A stretch of 64,000 bases of DNA from an uncultured Desulfospira sp. (GCA_963663165.1 OY760175.1:5664001-5728000), one strand, 5' to 3'; positions 40,720 to 50,410 are shown, counted from the first letter of the stretch. Numbers and translations: made by a program. The notes: generated by a model not told the origin, from the letters alone.

Positions 40720-41166
40720 TTGCTTGAGTTGGAATTCAAACGGGACAGAAAAAACTGGAAGCTGGATCAGGATCGGATCAGTATTGGGCGGGATGACTCA
40801 AATGACATCATACTTGGCGATGACCGGGCCTCCGGATTTCACGCCAATATTATCCGTAACCTGGACAAATTTGAAATCGTTGATCTTGGAAGTTCAAACA
40901 GGACTTTCATCAACAATGAATACCTCAAAGGCCGGCGGGAACTCAAACCCTGGGACCGCATCTGCTTTGCCGGTATCGAGGCGGAAGTCAAGGACACCGA
41001 AGGCCGTCAGCCCACAATGGTCCAGCCGGTGATTGATGATTCCTTTAATCCCCGGGACCGGTCAACGCCGCTCAATGGTCAGGCTAAATTAACAGCCTTG
41101 GAACCCTGTAACGGTGTGCCGGTCAGCGTAAATATCAGCCGGGCACCGCCCTCAAAGAGTCTCTGA
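40720..41166 (+). CDS. FHA-domain protein, probably 3'-truncated
   Basis: IGRD.SNDIIL.DDRASGFHA...DLGSSN.TFIN; the tail runs into a PP2C fragment in another frame. Confidence 0.72.
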   Translation: MLELEFKRDRKNWKLDQDRISIGRDDSNDIILGDDRASGFHANIIRNLDKFEIVDLGSSNRTFINNEYLKGRRELKPWDRICFAGIEAEVKDTEGRQPTMVQPVIDDSFNPRDRSTPLNGQAKLTALEPCNGVPVSVNISRAPPSKSL

Positions 41167-41285
41167 CAATAGCCCATCAGGCGATTCTCGACGCCGTGGC
41201 AGACGGCAACGGCAGCCGGGGCATGGGCACCACGGTCGTGGCATTAAAGCGAAACGGCCGGGATTATGAGATCGCCTGGGTCGGA
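41142..41285 (+). pseudogene. internal fragment of a PP2C-type Ser/Thr phosphatase
   Basis: frame reads GTALKESLTIAHQAILDAVADGNGSRGMGTTVVALKRNGRDYEIAWVG (GMGTT and AWVG motifs; DSR lost). Confidence 0.75.
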
Positions 41286-41595
41286 CGGCCGGGTGGATCA
41301 TGAGGACCTTGAAACCCTGGTGGGGGATGTCGGCCGGACAGACTGTTCTTAAAATTGAAGGAAGACCGGAGACCGGAATGCGTAAGTTTTTAGAATGCGC
41401 GGCATCCGGTCTCCCGCCTCCGGTTTCCGGTTTGCATCCTTGCCCCATTTCCCCAATTTGAGGTTTGTAATTTCCCCTTTAAGCAAACCGGGTAAGCTTA
41501 GAAATTCTTCCATAAATTTTCCTGAATCTAATCTTTTTCTAAAAATATAGCTGTAGGCTTTTGCCTGCGGCTCGACCCCTGCTTCTGATTTTTTT

Positions 41596-41776
41596 TTATA
41601 TGAAAGTCTCACTAACGAGCTGAAAAGACTTTCATTTTTCGTTGTGGGCGGTGCTTGGTTGGATAACCAAGGCGGCCCGTGGCCGTTATATGAAAGTCTC
41701 TCTAACATCCTGAGAAGACTTTTATTTTTTTTTGTGGACGGTTCTTGGTTGGATCATCCAAGTCGTTCGTGACGGT
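41596..41776. repeat. cluster B of the ~90-bp structured repeat (2 tandem units)
   Basis: units 41596-41685 and 41686-41776, same orientation as and highly similar to 39952-40041. Confidence 0.88.
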
Positions 41777-41800
41777 TTATATAAAAAGGACGTATAAAAA

Positions 41801-43624
41801 ATGAAATTCTCACTTGCCTTGCTCGCCTTTGCCATCGGTGTAATTTTCTTTTGCTTCTCAGCCGGTGCTGACCCTGTGGTCGTTCAGTTTCCGTCCTCAG
41901 ATCAAACCGCAGCCCGGGATTCCGACGGACAACGGGTTATTGTTATGTTAAAAGAAACCCCTGAGATCACATCTGCCAGGGCCGCCGGCCGGCTTGGTAA
42001 TCCCGTCGGCAGAAAACAGCAGAAAAACCGGGTTAAGGCTCTTCAGGACCAGGTGCTCGACAAGATTCCCGAGAACCGGGTTCAGATGATTCACCGGTTT
42101 TCATTTGCCCCGGCCTTTGCCGCAACCATCACGGCCGAAGGGATTGAACAGCTAAACGCCATGGAAGATGTCGTTTGCGTTGAAAAGGACCGTGTTGTCC
42201 ACGCCCATACCACCCAGGGCCTGGCTGTCATGAATACCGGTGAGGTCCGGCCGGCTTATTCGGGCCGCGGCGTATCCATTGCCGTTATAGATACGGGGAT
42301 TGATTATACCCATCCCGCGTTAGGGGGCGGCACCTTTCCCAATGACAAGGTTATCGGGGGGTATGATTACGGGAATGGGGATGACGACCCTATGGATGAG
42401 CACGGACATGGCACAAGCTGCGCCGGAATTGCTGCAGGAGATGTCGTGGAGAATGGGGATTATGCCGGCGGTGTGGCCCCGGGGGCAAAGCTGTATGCTT
42501 TGAAAATTACCCAGAATAGCGGTAACAGTTCCAATGATTCCACCATCATTGATGCCATTGAGTGGTGTATTACCCATAAAGACGATGATGGGGATTATCC
42601 CATTAAAATCATCAGCATCAGTTTTGGCGGATATGCTTACAGCAGCGCCTGTGACGATATATACGGGGGTCTTTATGCCGCAGCAGCAGCCGATGCGGTA
42701 TCTGCCGGCATTACCGTATTTGCCTCTTCCGGCAATGACGGGTATTGCGACGCCATTGCCGCCCCGGCCTGCCTTTCAGACATTATTTCTGTGGGGGCTG
42801 TGTTTGATGCCGATATCGGCGGGGTGGGGTTTTGCGTGGATTCCGGTTCCTGCGCCGATAACATGGAAGACTACAGCAGCTGCAATACCGGCACTGTGGC
42901 CTGGGCTTACTCAACCGGTGCTGATATGGCGGCACCTTATACCAACATGTCCGACGATCTGGATATTCTGGCCCCAAGCCACAATGCCGCCACGCCAGAC
43001 ACGACCGGTACCAGCGGAAATTATACGGACGAAGCCTATGAAAGCGACTTCGGCGGCACTTCGGCGGCTTGCCCCTATGCCGCCGGCGTGGCCGCAGTCA
43101 TGCAAAGCGCCATGGTCACCGCTCATGGGGAATTCTTAACCCCGGGGCAGATTAAAACCAGAATGACCGGGGCCGGTGAATCCATTGACTACAGTGCCGC
43201 CGATCTCACCAAACCCAGGGCAGATCTGGGCAATACCGACATTGATGGCGACGGGCTGCCCTGTGAATGGGAAATTGCTTATATGGATACCATTGGAAAC
43301 GATGCCGATACGGATATTGATGAAGACGGGCTCACCCAGCTCGAAGAATACAGCAGCGGCACCGACCCGTCAGCGGTGGACACCGATGAGGACGGGATGC
43401 CCGACGGGTGGGAGGTGGACAACGGCCTTGACCCCCTCACCGATGACAGTAATGAAGACCCGGATACGGATTCCTATACCAATATCCAGGAATACCTGGC
43501 CGGAACCGATCCTGCAGACGGTTCGGATTATCCGGTCCCGGTTCCTGCAAGCAATTACCTGCTTTTGGCGTTATCTTTTATGTTTTTAGTGTTTATAGGG
43601 GGTAAGTTGGGAAGAAATGCCTGA
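41801..43624 (+). CDS. secreted subtilisin-like S8 peptidase with Asp-rich Ca-binding repeats and a C-terminal membrane anchor
   Basis: signal and propeptide; triad IDTG / HGTSCAG / GGTSAACP; DxDGDG.PD.WE repeats; VPVPA-TM-basic tail. Confidence 0.9.
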   Translation: MKFSLALLAFAIGVIFFCFSAGADPVVVQFPSSDQTAARDSDGQRVIVMLKETPEITSARAAGRLGNPVGRKQQKNRVKALQDQVLDKIPENRVQMIHRFSFAPAFAATITAEGIEQLNAMEDVVCVEKDRVVHAHTTQGLAVMNTGEVRPAYSGRGVSIAVIDTGIDYTHPALGGGTFPNDKVIGGYDYGNGDDDPMDEHGHGTSCAGIAAGDVVENGDYAGGVAPGAKLYALKITQNSGNSSNDSTIIDAIEWCITHKDDDGDYPIKIISISFGGYAYSSACDDIYGGLYAAAAADAVSAGITVFASSGNDGYCDAIAAPACLSDIISVGAVFDADIGGVGFCVDSGSCADNMEDYSSCNTGTVAWAYSTGADMAAPYTNMSDDLDILAPSHNAATPDTTGTSGNYTDEAYESDFGGTSAACPYAAGVAAVMQSAMVTAHGEFLTPGQIKTRMTGAGESIDYSAADLTKPRADLGNTDIDGDGLPCEWEIAYMDTIGNDADTDIDEDGLTQLEEYSSGTDPSAVDTDEDGMPDGWEVDNGLDPLTDDSNEDPDTDSYTNIQEYLAGTDPADGSDYPVPVPASNYLLLALSFMFLVFIGGKLGRNA

Positions 43625-43648
43625 AGAATAATTAATTTGCAAATAGTA

Positions 43649-43677
43649 TTGACCGGAAATAGCCGCTGGATTATGGT
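43649..43677 (+). promoter_or_regulatory. candidate sigma70 promoter
   Basis: TTGACC-N17-TATGGT upstream of the channel gene. Confidence 0.4.
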
Positions 43678-43746
43678 GGTTCTGTTGGCTGTTGGCAGGC
43701 TGGCGAAATCCAAAACCTAAACGCTAAAACCATCGGATTCCGGGAT

Positions 43747-44769
43747 TTGATCTATTACCTCAAAATATTGCTTCGCCTCAGTTTCAAGCGCAGGGGGATT
43801 CTTCTGGTTGCGGCCTATTTCCTGATGCTGATGGTGTCCAGTACACTGATCCGCCTTGTGGAGCCCGGGCCAGGCGGGTTGAGTGAATTTGATCAGGCCC
43901 TGTGGTGGAGCATTGTCACCACCACCACAGTGGGATATGGCGATCTGTATCCGTCCACCAATGCGGGGAAGGTCATTGCCGTAATCCTGCCCATGTTCAT
44001 GGGAATCGGCCTGGGTGCCGCCTTTATCACCCATATTGCCTCATCGCTGATTGAAAGGAGAGACAAAAAAATGCATGGAGAAAAACCGTACACCGGCAGC
44101 GGCCATATCGTGATTGCCGGCCTTACGGCTGAAACCGGGCAGCTGATCAACGAAATTCTCAACGATGATGCCGGGGATGAGCGAGACATTGTCCTGATTG
44201 CCGATGCGAATCGCCATCCCTTTTCTGAGTTCGAAACCGTCTTTTTTATTAAAGGCCGTCCGGACGGGCTGGATGCTCTCAAAAAGGCAGGCATATCCAA
44301 TGCATCCCGGGTGGCCATTCACACCGGGTCTGACGAAGAAACCCTGTTTGCCCTGGTCAATGCCCTGAAACTCAAGAATGAAACATGTGAGGTCACGGTA
44401 CGGTGCATTTCCAGCCAGTCCCTGGATACCTTTTCCAGTGTGCCCGGCGATTTTCAGATCATCATGCAGATGACCGCAGAGATGATGGTTCAGGCCATGC
44501 AGGATAAAGTTCATCTGCCCTTGCAGATTCTGCTCAAAAACAATGAGGCCGAAGAAATTTATTATCTGCCGGTACCGGACCGGGCTGACCATAGTCCCTG
44601 GTGGCACCTGCATGAATATTTTAAAAGCACTTACGATTACCTGACCTTTGCTCTGCACACCAGCAAGGGAGAGGTCCGGGTCAACCCATCCAAAGACCGG
44701 ATGGTTTCTCCCAAAGATGCGGTCTGGCTTCTGGCCAACAGGCGGCCTGTCCATGTGAAATGGCCTTAA
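43747..44769 (+). CDS. 2-TM potassium channel with RCK/TrkA-N-like domain
   Basis: ALWWSIVTTTTVGYGDLYP selectivity filter; GHIVIAG Rossmann-like start. Confidence 0.9.
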   Translation: MIYYLKILLRLSFKRRGILLVAAYFLMLMVSSTLIRLVEPGPGGLSEFDQALWWSIVTTTTVGYGDLYPSTNAGKVIAVILPMFMGIGLGAAFITHIASSLIERRDKKMHGEKPYTGSGHIVIAGLTAETGQLINEILNDDAGDERDIVLIADANRHPFSEFETVFFIKGRPDGLDALKKAGISNASRVAIHTGSDEETLFALVNALKLKNETCEVTVRCISSQSLDTFSSVPGDFQIIMQMTAEMMVQAMQDKVHLPLQILLKNNEAEEIYYLPVPDRADHSPWWHLHEYFKSTYDYLTFALHTSKGEVRVNPSKDRMVSPKDAVWLLANRRPVHVKWP

Positions 44770-44885
44770 CGACGTTTGAACGCGGCAATGGCTGCCGCAG
44801 CCAAACTTCTGAGAGGCAATACCGATAAACCAGATTCTGCTGCAGGTCCTTTATCCGGGACATAAATAAAGATAAGGTCCTTTAC

Positions 44886-47054
44886 ATGAGCAAAACCTTG
44901 GCGGAAAAGCTGTCGGGAAAAGAAAAGATCCGTTTTAGGCTGTCCTTGAAGCTGCTGGTTTCTTTTCTGGTTATTTCCCTTTTGCCTTTAGGGGTGGTCC
45001 TGTACCTTAATGTTCACTCCACCAGAACCGCTCTTGAAACCGAGGCATATAAATCCCTTTTTGCTTCGGCATCACACAGCCGCTTGCTGCTCAGCGGTTT
45101 TATCCAGTCAAATTTGGGAATCATTTCTGCAGAATCCCGTCTTCCCGATATTGCCCGTTTTTTATCCTTGAGCCCTGAGAAGAAAAAAGAGCCGGCCGAG
45201 CAGGAACGGCTGTCACAGATGTTTTTGTCTCTTATGGTAAAAAACCGCCAGTTTTTGTCCTCTTATGCGCTCCTGGATATTAACGGGAAAATCGCATTTG
45301 ATTCTGATTCAGGCCGTATCGGATCGGATTTATCCGACCGGTCCTATTTTAAGCAGGCCCTGGAAACCGGAATGCCATATGGTTCCGATGTGGAATTTGA
45401 TCAGCAGACCGGCAAGGCATTTATTTATTTCAGCAGCCCGGTCCAGGATGAAGACGGCCGGTTTACCGGTGTGCTGCGCACCCGGTACGGGGCCGCCGTT
45501 ATTCAGCAGCTGGTTAGCGACAATACAGGCCTGCTTGGGCCAAAGTCCTTTGCCATGGTGGTGAGCTCTCATAATTTGATTCTGGCAAGCGGTTTATTCT
45601 CCTATGGCAAGGCCACTGAAATTATATTTACCCCCATCATGGAAATCCCTGATGATCAGCTCAAACAAATGCAGGAAGAACGCCTGATTCCACCCCGGCC
45701 AAAAGGCGGGCTCGGTCCTGAATTCACGGATTTTCAGCAGGGCATTCTTAATGCGGACAACCGCAACCGGTATTTTACCGGCACCGTTCCCCATGCCGGG
45801 GATGAGGGGTTTGCCGCAGCCGTCATTTCTCTGGACGATGTGGGGTGGCGGGTTGCCTTTTTTCAGCCAAAGAAGGCCTTTTTGGCCCCGGCCAATCAGC
45901 AGCAAACACAGATGCTGTTTCTGGGCGGTATCATTATTGCTTTTGTGAGCTCCGCTGCCTTGTGGTGGGCCAGGTATCTTTCCCGCCCCATTCTGGAACT
46001 TACCGGTATTGTCGGTCAAATTGCCCGGTTAGGGTTTTCAGCGGTTCAGGTTTCTTCCAATGAAGATGACCTCGGTCGTAACGAGCAGCCGCTTTTAAAA
46101 CGTCCGGAAAAGCGGTTTGTGAATCTGGAACGATTTTTTTCATACCGGTTCTGGCATTCTTTTTTTCAGGAATCTGGCGGGGTGGCCGAGGCAGCCGATT
46201 CCAAGGATTCAGACCCCGGTCAAAAGCCGTTGCTTGAAATTAAAAAGACAACCAGAGAGGATGAGATCGGTGTCCTTTATAACGGGTTTGTGGACATGAT
46301 CCAGCACATAAAGACCAAGGACAAAGAAAGTGAAAGCCTGCATACAGAGCTCAAAGCCAATGTGTCCCATTTTCATGACTTGTTTTTAGCCCTTCAGACG
46401 GCCGTTGACACGAAAACTTTTTCCTACAGAATAGACCCTTTGAACGATGAGGATGATCTGTGTGATTCCCTGAATAAAGTGCTTGAGGCCCTTGAACAGG
46501 CTGATGCGGCATCAAAAAAACAGAACTGGCTGAAAAACGGACAGGCTGAGTTGAGCAACGTGATTGGCGGAGACCAGAACATCAGAACCCTTTGTGCTAA
46601 AGCCCTTAAATTCATCGCCTCTTATACCGGTGCGCTCATTGGTACCATTTTTGTTTTTGACGAATCCAAGGATGAATTTTATCTTGCCGCAGGGTATGCA
46701 CTGAAGGGGGGAAACCGGTTTTCCGGAAAATTTAAAGAAGGCGAAGGCCTTTCCGGCCAGGCGGCCCTACAGCGAAAAATCATTCTGGTGGATGACGTCC
46801 CGGACGATTACATTCATCTGGACTCTTCTTTGATTTGCGGAGCCCCTAAGGCCATTGCCGCCATTCCCCTTGTATTTGAAGACCAGGTCAAAGGGGTCCT
46901 TGAATTGGGGGCCTTGAATCGCTTTTCACAGGCCCAGGTTGAATTTTTCGAATCTGTTGCCGCCACACTGGCCGCTTCCGTTAATGCGGCCATGTTTCAT
47001 CATAAGCTCAAGCGTCTGCTCGGCCAGGCCGGCCGGCATGGTGCCTTTTCTTGA
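44886..47054 (+). CDS. membrane sensor Cache-HAMP-GAF without an output domain (possibly truncated)
   Basis: TM, DLSDRSYF Cache motif, TM, EDEIGVL HAMP, NWLKNG...GEGLSGQAA...GVLELG GAF; ends abruptly. Confidence 0.75.
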   Translation: MSKTLAEKLSGKEKIRFRLSLKLLVSFLVISLLPLGVVLYLNVHSTRTALETEAYKSLFASASHSRLLLSGFIQSNLGIISAESRLPDIARFLSLSPEKKKEPAEQERLSQMFLSLMVKNRQFLSSYALLDINGKIAFDSDSGRIGSDLSDRSYFKQALETGMPYGSDVEFDQQTGKAFIYFSSPVQDEDGRFTGVLRTRYGAAVIQQLVSDNTGLLGPKSFAMVVSSHNLILASGLFSYGKATEIIFTPIMEIPDDQLKQMQEERLIPPRPKGGLGPEFTDFQQGILNADNRNRYFTGTVPHAGDEGFAAAVISLDDVGWRVAFFQPKKAFLAPANQQQTQMLFLGGIIIAFVSSAALWWARYLSRPILELTGIVGQIARLGFSAVQVSSNEDDLGRNEQPLLKRPEKRFVNLERFFSYRFWHSFFQESGGVAEAADSKDSDPGQKPLLEIKKTTREDEIGVLYNGFVDMIQHIKTKDKESESLHTELKANVSHFHDLFLALQTAVDTKTFSYRIDPLNDEDDLCDSLNKVLEALEQADAASKKQNWLKNGQAELSNVIGGDQNIRTLCAKALKFIASYTGALIGTIFVFDESKDEFYLAAGYALKGGNRFSGKFKEGEGLSGQAALQRKIILVDDVPDDYIHLDSSLICGAPKAIAAIPLVFEDQVKGVLELGALNRFSQAQVEFFESVAATLAASVNAAMFHHKLKRLLGQAGRHGAFS

Positions 47055-47128
47055 GTTTGGCCTGCGCCAATCCATCGCAGGGTAGCTGAGCTGCCCACAG
47101 TTTGATGCCTGTAAGCATAATGTATAAA

Positions 47129-47212
47129 ATTGGGACTTGGGATATGGGACTTGGGACTTGGGGAGGCCGTGGATACTGCAATCCCCAAGTCCCATATCCC
47201 AAGTCCATTTTT
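47129..47212. repeat. palindromic heptamer repeat (TTGGGAC type), copy 2
   Basis: TTGGGAC x3-4 ... CCCAAGT arms; similar to 31688-31755. Confidence 0.7.
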
Positions 47213-47332
47213 TTGGAGATCAACCCGATTTCTCAAGGTGATGATGCATTGTATTAAGTGTCATATACTGATATAAAACGTTGCGTAAGTGATGGGGAAA
47301 AGCAAGAACGCATATACGGGCAGGAGAAGCGC

Positions 47333-47962
47333 TTGGCTGGAACAGGAAAATTTATTGTAATTGAGGGCATCGACGGGTCCGGGAAATCCACCCAGGTGGA
47401 CCGCCTTTACCATCGCCTTCAAAAAGAAAATCCGGACGTGGTGTCCACTTTTGAGCCCAGTGACGGGGTGGTGGGCAGGTTAATCCGGGACATGCTCAAC
47501 GGAAGCATTGCGGTAGACCAGCGGACCCTGGCCGCCCTGTTTGCCGCAGACCGGACCGACCATCTGCTGGCACCGGGAAACGGCGTTAAGGCCATGGTTG
47601 ACCAGGGCCGGGTGGTACTTTGCGACCGGTACTATTTTTCTTCCTATGCCTATCATGCCCGGTATATGGATATGGACCAGGTCATTCAAATGAATGCCCA
47701 TAATGCGCAAATTTTGACGCCTGACCTGAATATCTTTATTGACGTGGCCCCTGAGGTCTGTCTGGAGCGAATCAGATCCAGCCGTTCTTCTTTTGACATA
47801 TATGAAAAGATTGAGGTATTGAAAGCGGTTAGGGAAAATTATCTGTTGGCTTTTGAACGGCTTAAAGATAAAGAACATATAATTGTAATCAACGGGAATG
47901 ATTCTTTGGATGCGGTGGAAAGAAGCATTTACCAAAAGGTGAGAGGGCTGCTGCAAGGCTAG
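47333..47962 (+). CDS. tmk: thymidylate kinase
   Basis: EGIDGSGKSTQ, FEPS, LFAADR, CDRY; AGGAG RBS before TTG 47333. Confidence 0.9.
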   Translation: MAGTGKFIVIEGIDGSGKSTQVDRLYHRLQKENPDVVSTFEPSDGVVGRLIRDMLNGSIAVDQRTLAALFAADRTDHLLAPGNGVKAMVDQGRVVLCDRYYFSSYAYHARYMDMDQVIQMNAHNAQILTPDLNIFIDVAPEVCLERIRSSRSSFDIYEKIEVLKAVRENYLLAFERLKDKEHIIVINGNDSLDAVERSIYQKVRGLLQG

Positions 47963-47974
47963 TTGGAAAACATC

Positions 47975-48394
47975 ATGGAAAAGGGAAATAAAATTTGCGT
48001 CATTGACGGCCAGGGCGGGGGAATCGGTGCAGTGGTCATTAAAAAACTCAAAGAGACCTTTGGGGAGAGGATCGAAGTGATTGCCTTGGGGACCAATGCC
48101 ATTGCTACAGCCCAGATGCTCAAGGCCCGGGCCAACCGGGGCGCCTCAGGGTCCAACGCCATTATTCAGACGGTTAAAAAAGTCCAGGTGATTATTGGCT
48201 CCGTAGGCATCATTATGCCCCACGCCATGATGGGTGAGGTCACCCGCGATATGGCCGAGGCGGTCTGCCTGTCTGACGCCAAAAAACTGTTGATCCCCCT
48301 AAGCCAGGAAAACATCAGTATTGTGGGATTGACGGGCTTGCCCCTTCCTCAGCTGGTGGATGAGCTTATAGAAACCCACTTAAAAGATATCTAA
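47975..48394 (+). CDS. DUF3842-like protein
   Basis: VIDGQGGGIG, ALGTNAIAT..MLKA.A..GASG, MMGEVT. Confidence 0.78.
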   Translation: MEKGNKICVIDGQGGGIGAVVIKKLKETFGERIEVIALGTNAIATAQMLKARANRGASGSNAIIQTVKKVQVIIGSVGIIMPHAMMGEVTRDMAEAVCLSDAKKLLIPLSQENISIVGLTGLPLPQLVDELIETHLKDI

Positions 48395-48453
48395 TGTTTG
48401 AACGAGACGTCACCCATCTGCTGTGTTGCAGCCGGGTGACTTTTCGTCCAGAC
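48394..48453. mobile_element. internally deleted family A element, copy 3 (inverted)
   Basis: TGTTTGAACGAGACGTCACCCATCTGCTGTGTTGCAG...GGGTGACTTTTCGTCCAGAC matches both ends of the reverse complement of 59724-59868. Confidence 0.7.
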
Positions 48454-48616
48454 CAAGGTTCCCGTTCAGGTATGAGAAAAAAAATAATTGAAAAGTTAGA
48501 GCTATTTCCTAAGAAATGATTATAATATGCCCATAGTAATACAAGGCTAAAATCGGCGGGTTTTGGCGTCCGGACTTAAGGCCTGCCGGCAAGGAAGATA
48601 TAAAAGGAGTCACCCC

Positions 48617-48808
48617 ATGTGTGAAGCAAATGCGTACGTAATGGAAGACGGCAAAGAGACCCTTGTCATGGAAGCCGTGGACAATGTGGAACCCGATGAG
48701 GACGGCATCCGCCTGGTCTCTATTTTTGGAGAACAAAAATTTATCAGGGGGCATATCCACTCCCTGTCACTGGTGAACCACAAAATTTTCATCAAAACAG
48801 ATAACTAG
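48617..48808 (+). CDS. cooT: CooT family nickel-binding protein
   Basis: MCEANAY start after AAGGAG; LVSIFGEQK...SLVNHKI; 63 aa. Confidence 0.82.
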   Translation: MCEANAYVMEDGKETLVMEAVDNVEPDEDGIRLVSIFGEQKFIRGHIHSLSLVNHKIFIKTDN

Positions 48809-48892
48809 GCAGGAAACAAGAAACAGGAAACAAGAGGGGCAAGATTTCTGATGTCCACCTCTAGTTTCTTGTTTCTAGTCTCTATTTTCTTG

Positions 48893-50296
48893 TTACCATC
48901 CCATGGTCAGGTAATCATGCATGGAGTTGGCCGCAGCCCGGCCCGCACCCATGGCCAGGATAACCGTGGCAGCCCCCGTGACAATGTCACCGCCGGCCCA
49001 TACGCCTTTTTTGGAGGTCTTTCCGGTAACCGGGTCAGCAACAATATTGCCCCATTTATTTAGGGCAAGGTCCGGGGTGGTGTTGGTGAGCAGCGGGTTG
49101 GCATTGGAACCCACGGAAACCACTACCAGGTCCGTGTCAATTCTGAATTCAGACCCTTCAATGGGAACCGGACGCCGTCTGCCTGAGGCATCGGGTTCGC
49201 CCAATTCCATTTTCAGGCATTCCATTCCCACAACCCGGCCCTCGTCATTGCCAAAGAACTGGGTGGGGTTGGTCAACAGGACAAACTCTATTTTTTCCTG
49301 TTCCGCATGGTGAAGCTCTTCGTTCCTGGCGGGCATTTCCTCCCTGGAACGGCGGTAAACCACTTTGACGGATTCAGCCCCGAGCCGCATGGCGGTTCTG
49401 GCCGAGTCCATGGCCACGTTGCCGGCCCCAAGGACCACTACGTTTTTGCCCCGGGCAATGGGGGTGTCGTATTCCGGGAAAAGATACCCTTTCATGAGGT
49501 TGGTCCGGGTCAGATACTCGTTGGCCGAATAAATGCCGATCAGGTTTTCCCCGGGCAGGCTCATGAACCTGGGAAGTCCTGCACCCACACCGATATAGGC
49601 GGCGCTGTATCCTTCTTCAAACAGCTCGTCAATGGTCACCGAGGCCCCGACCACGGAGTTACATTGAATGTCTGCGCCCATTTTTCTAAGGGTTTCAACT
49701 TCTGCGGCAACGATTTCCTTGGGCAGCCTGAATTCGGGGATACCATAAACCAGAACCCCGCCGGGTTTGTGAAAGGCTTCAAAAATGGTGACATCGTGGC
49801 CTTTGAGCAACAGGTCCCCGGCCACCGTAAGGCCGGAAGGCCCGGACCCGATGACTGCCACTTTTTTGCCGGTCTTGGCGGCTACTTCAGGGATCTCGCC
49901 GGCCCCGTTCTTGCGTGCATAATCGGCGGCAAATCTTTCAAGATACCCAATGGCAACGGGTTTGTCTTTTTTGCCGACAATACATTTGCCTTCACACTGT
50001 TCTTCCTGGGGACAGACCCGTCCGCATACCGCGGGCAGGGCATTTTTTTCCCACAGCTTTCTGGCGGCCCCGGCAAAATCCCTTTCAGCAATACATTTAA
50101 TGAATTCGGGGATTTTTACGGAAACCGGGCATCCCTGCATACAGGCGGGATTTTTGCACTGAAGGCATCTGGATGCCTCCTGCACAGCCATTTCTTCGGT
50201 CAGTCCCAAAGGAACTTCTATAAAATTGCGTCTTCTGACATCCGGGTCCTGCTCCGGCATGACGGCCCGGTCGATTTTTTCTTTTTTGCTTGCCAT
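48893..50296 (-). CDS. nfnB: electron-bifurcating transhydrogenase large subunit (GltD/SudA-like)
   Basis: EASRCLQCKNPACMQGCPV, CGRVCPQEEQCE, YGIPEFRLPK, GAGNVAMD, GGDIVTGAATVILAMG; adjacent to nfnA, no gltB. Confidence 0.88.
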   Translation of the reverse strand: MASKKEKIDRAVMPEQDPDVRRRNFIEVPLGLTEEMAVQEASRCLQCKNPACMQGCPVSVKIPEFIKCIAERDFAGAARKLWEKNALPAVCGRVCPQEEQCEGKCIVGKKDKPVAIGYLERFAADYARKNGAGEIPEVAAKTGKKVAVIGSGPSGLTVAGDLLLKGHDVTIFEAFHKPGGVLVYGIPEFRLPKEIVAAEVETLRKMGADIQCNSVVGASVTIDELFEEGYSAAYIGVGAGLPRFMSLPGENLIGIYSANEYLTRTNLMKGYLFPEYDTPIARGKNVVVLGAGNVAMDSARTAMRLGAESVKVVYRRSREEMPARNEELHHAEQEKIEFVLLTNPTQFFGNDEGRVVGMECLKMELGEPDASGRRRPVPIEGSEFRIDTDLVVVSVGSNANPLLTNTTPDLALNKWGNIVADPVTGKTSKKGVWAGGDIVTGAATVILAMGAGRAAANSMHDYLTMGW

Positions 50297-50410
50297 TTAT
50301 ACCTCCATATGGTCACCCCTTTGGGGGGATATCATTTTTTTAGCTGTTAGCTATTAGCTTTTAGCCATTAGCCGTTGGCTTTCAACGTTCGTTGCGGCCG
50401 CTGGTCAATC

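Noticed and set aside
39952..41776. CRISPR array or classical integron attC array
   Set aside because: Units are ~90 bp without unique spacers; no cas or intI gene; no properly placed RYYYAAC/GTTRRRY ends.
48893..50296. Glutamate synthase small subunit
   Set aside because: Paired with an NfnA/SudB-like gene and no large subunit; NfnAB fits better.
49307..50350. Long antisense ORFs (also 37848-38837, 44041-44754, 3721-4425)
   Set aside because: Shadows of well-supported genes on the opposite strand, with no motifs.
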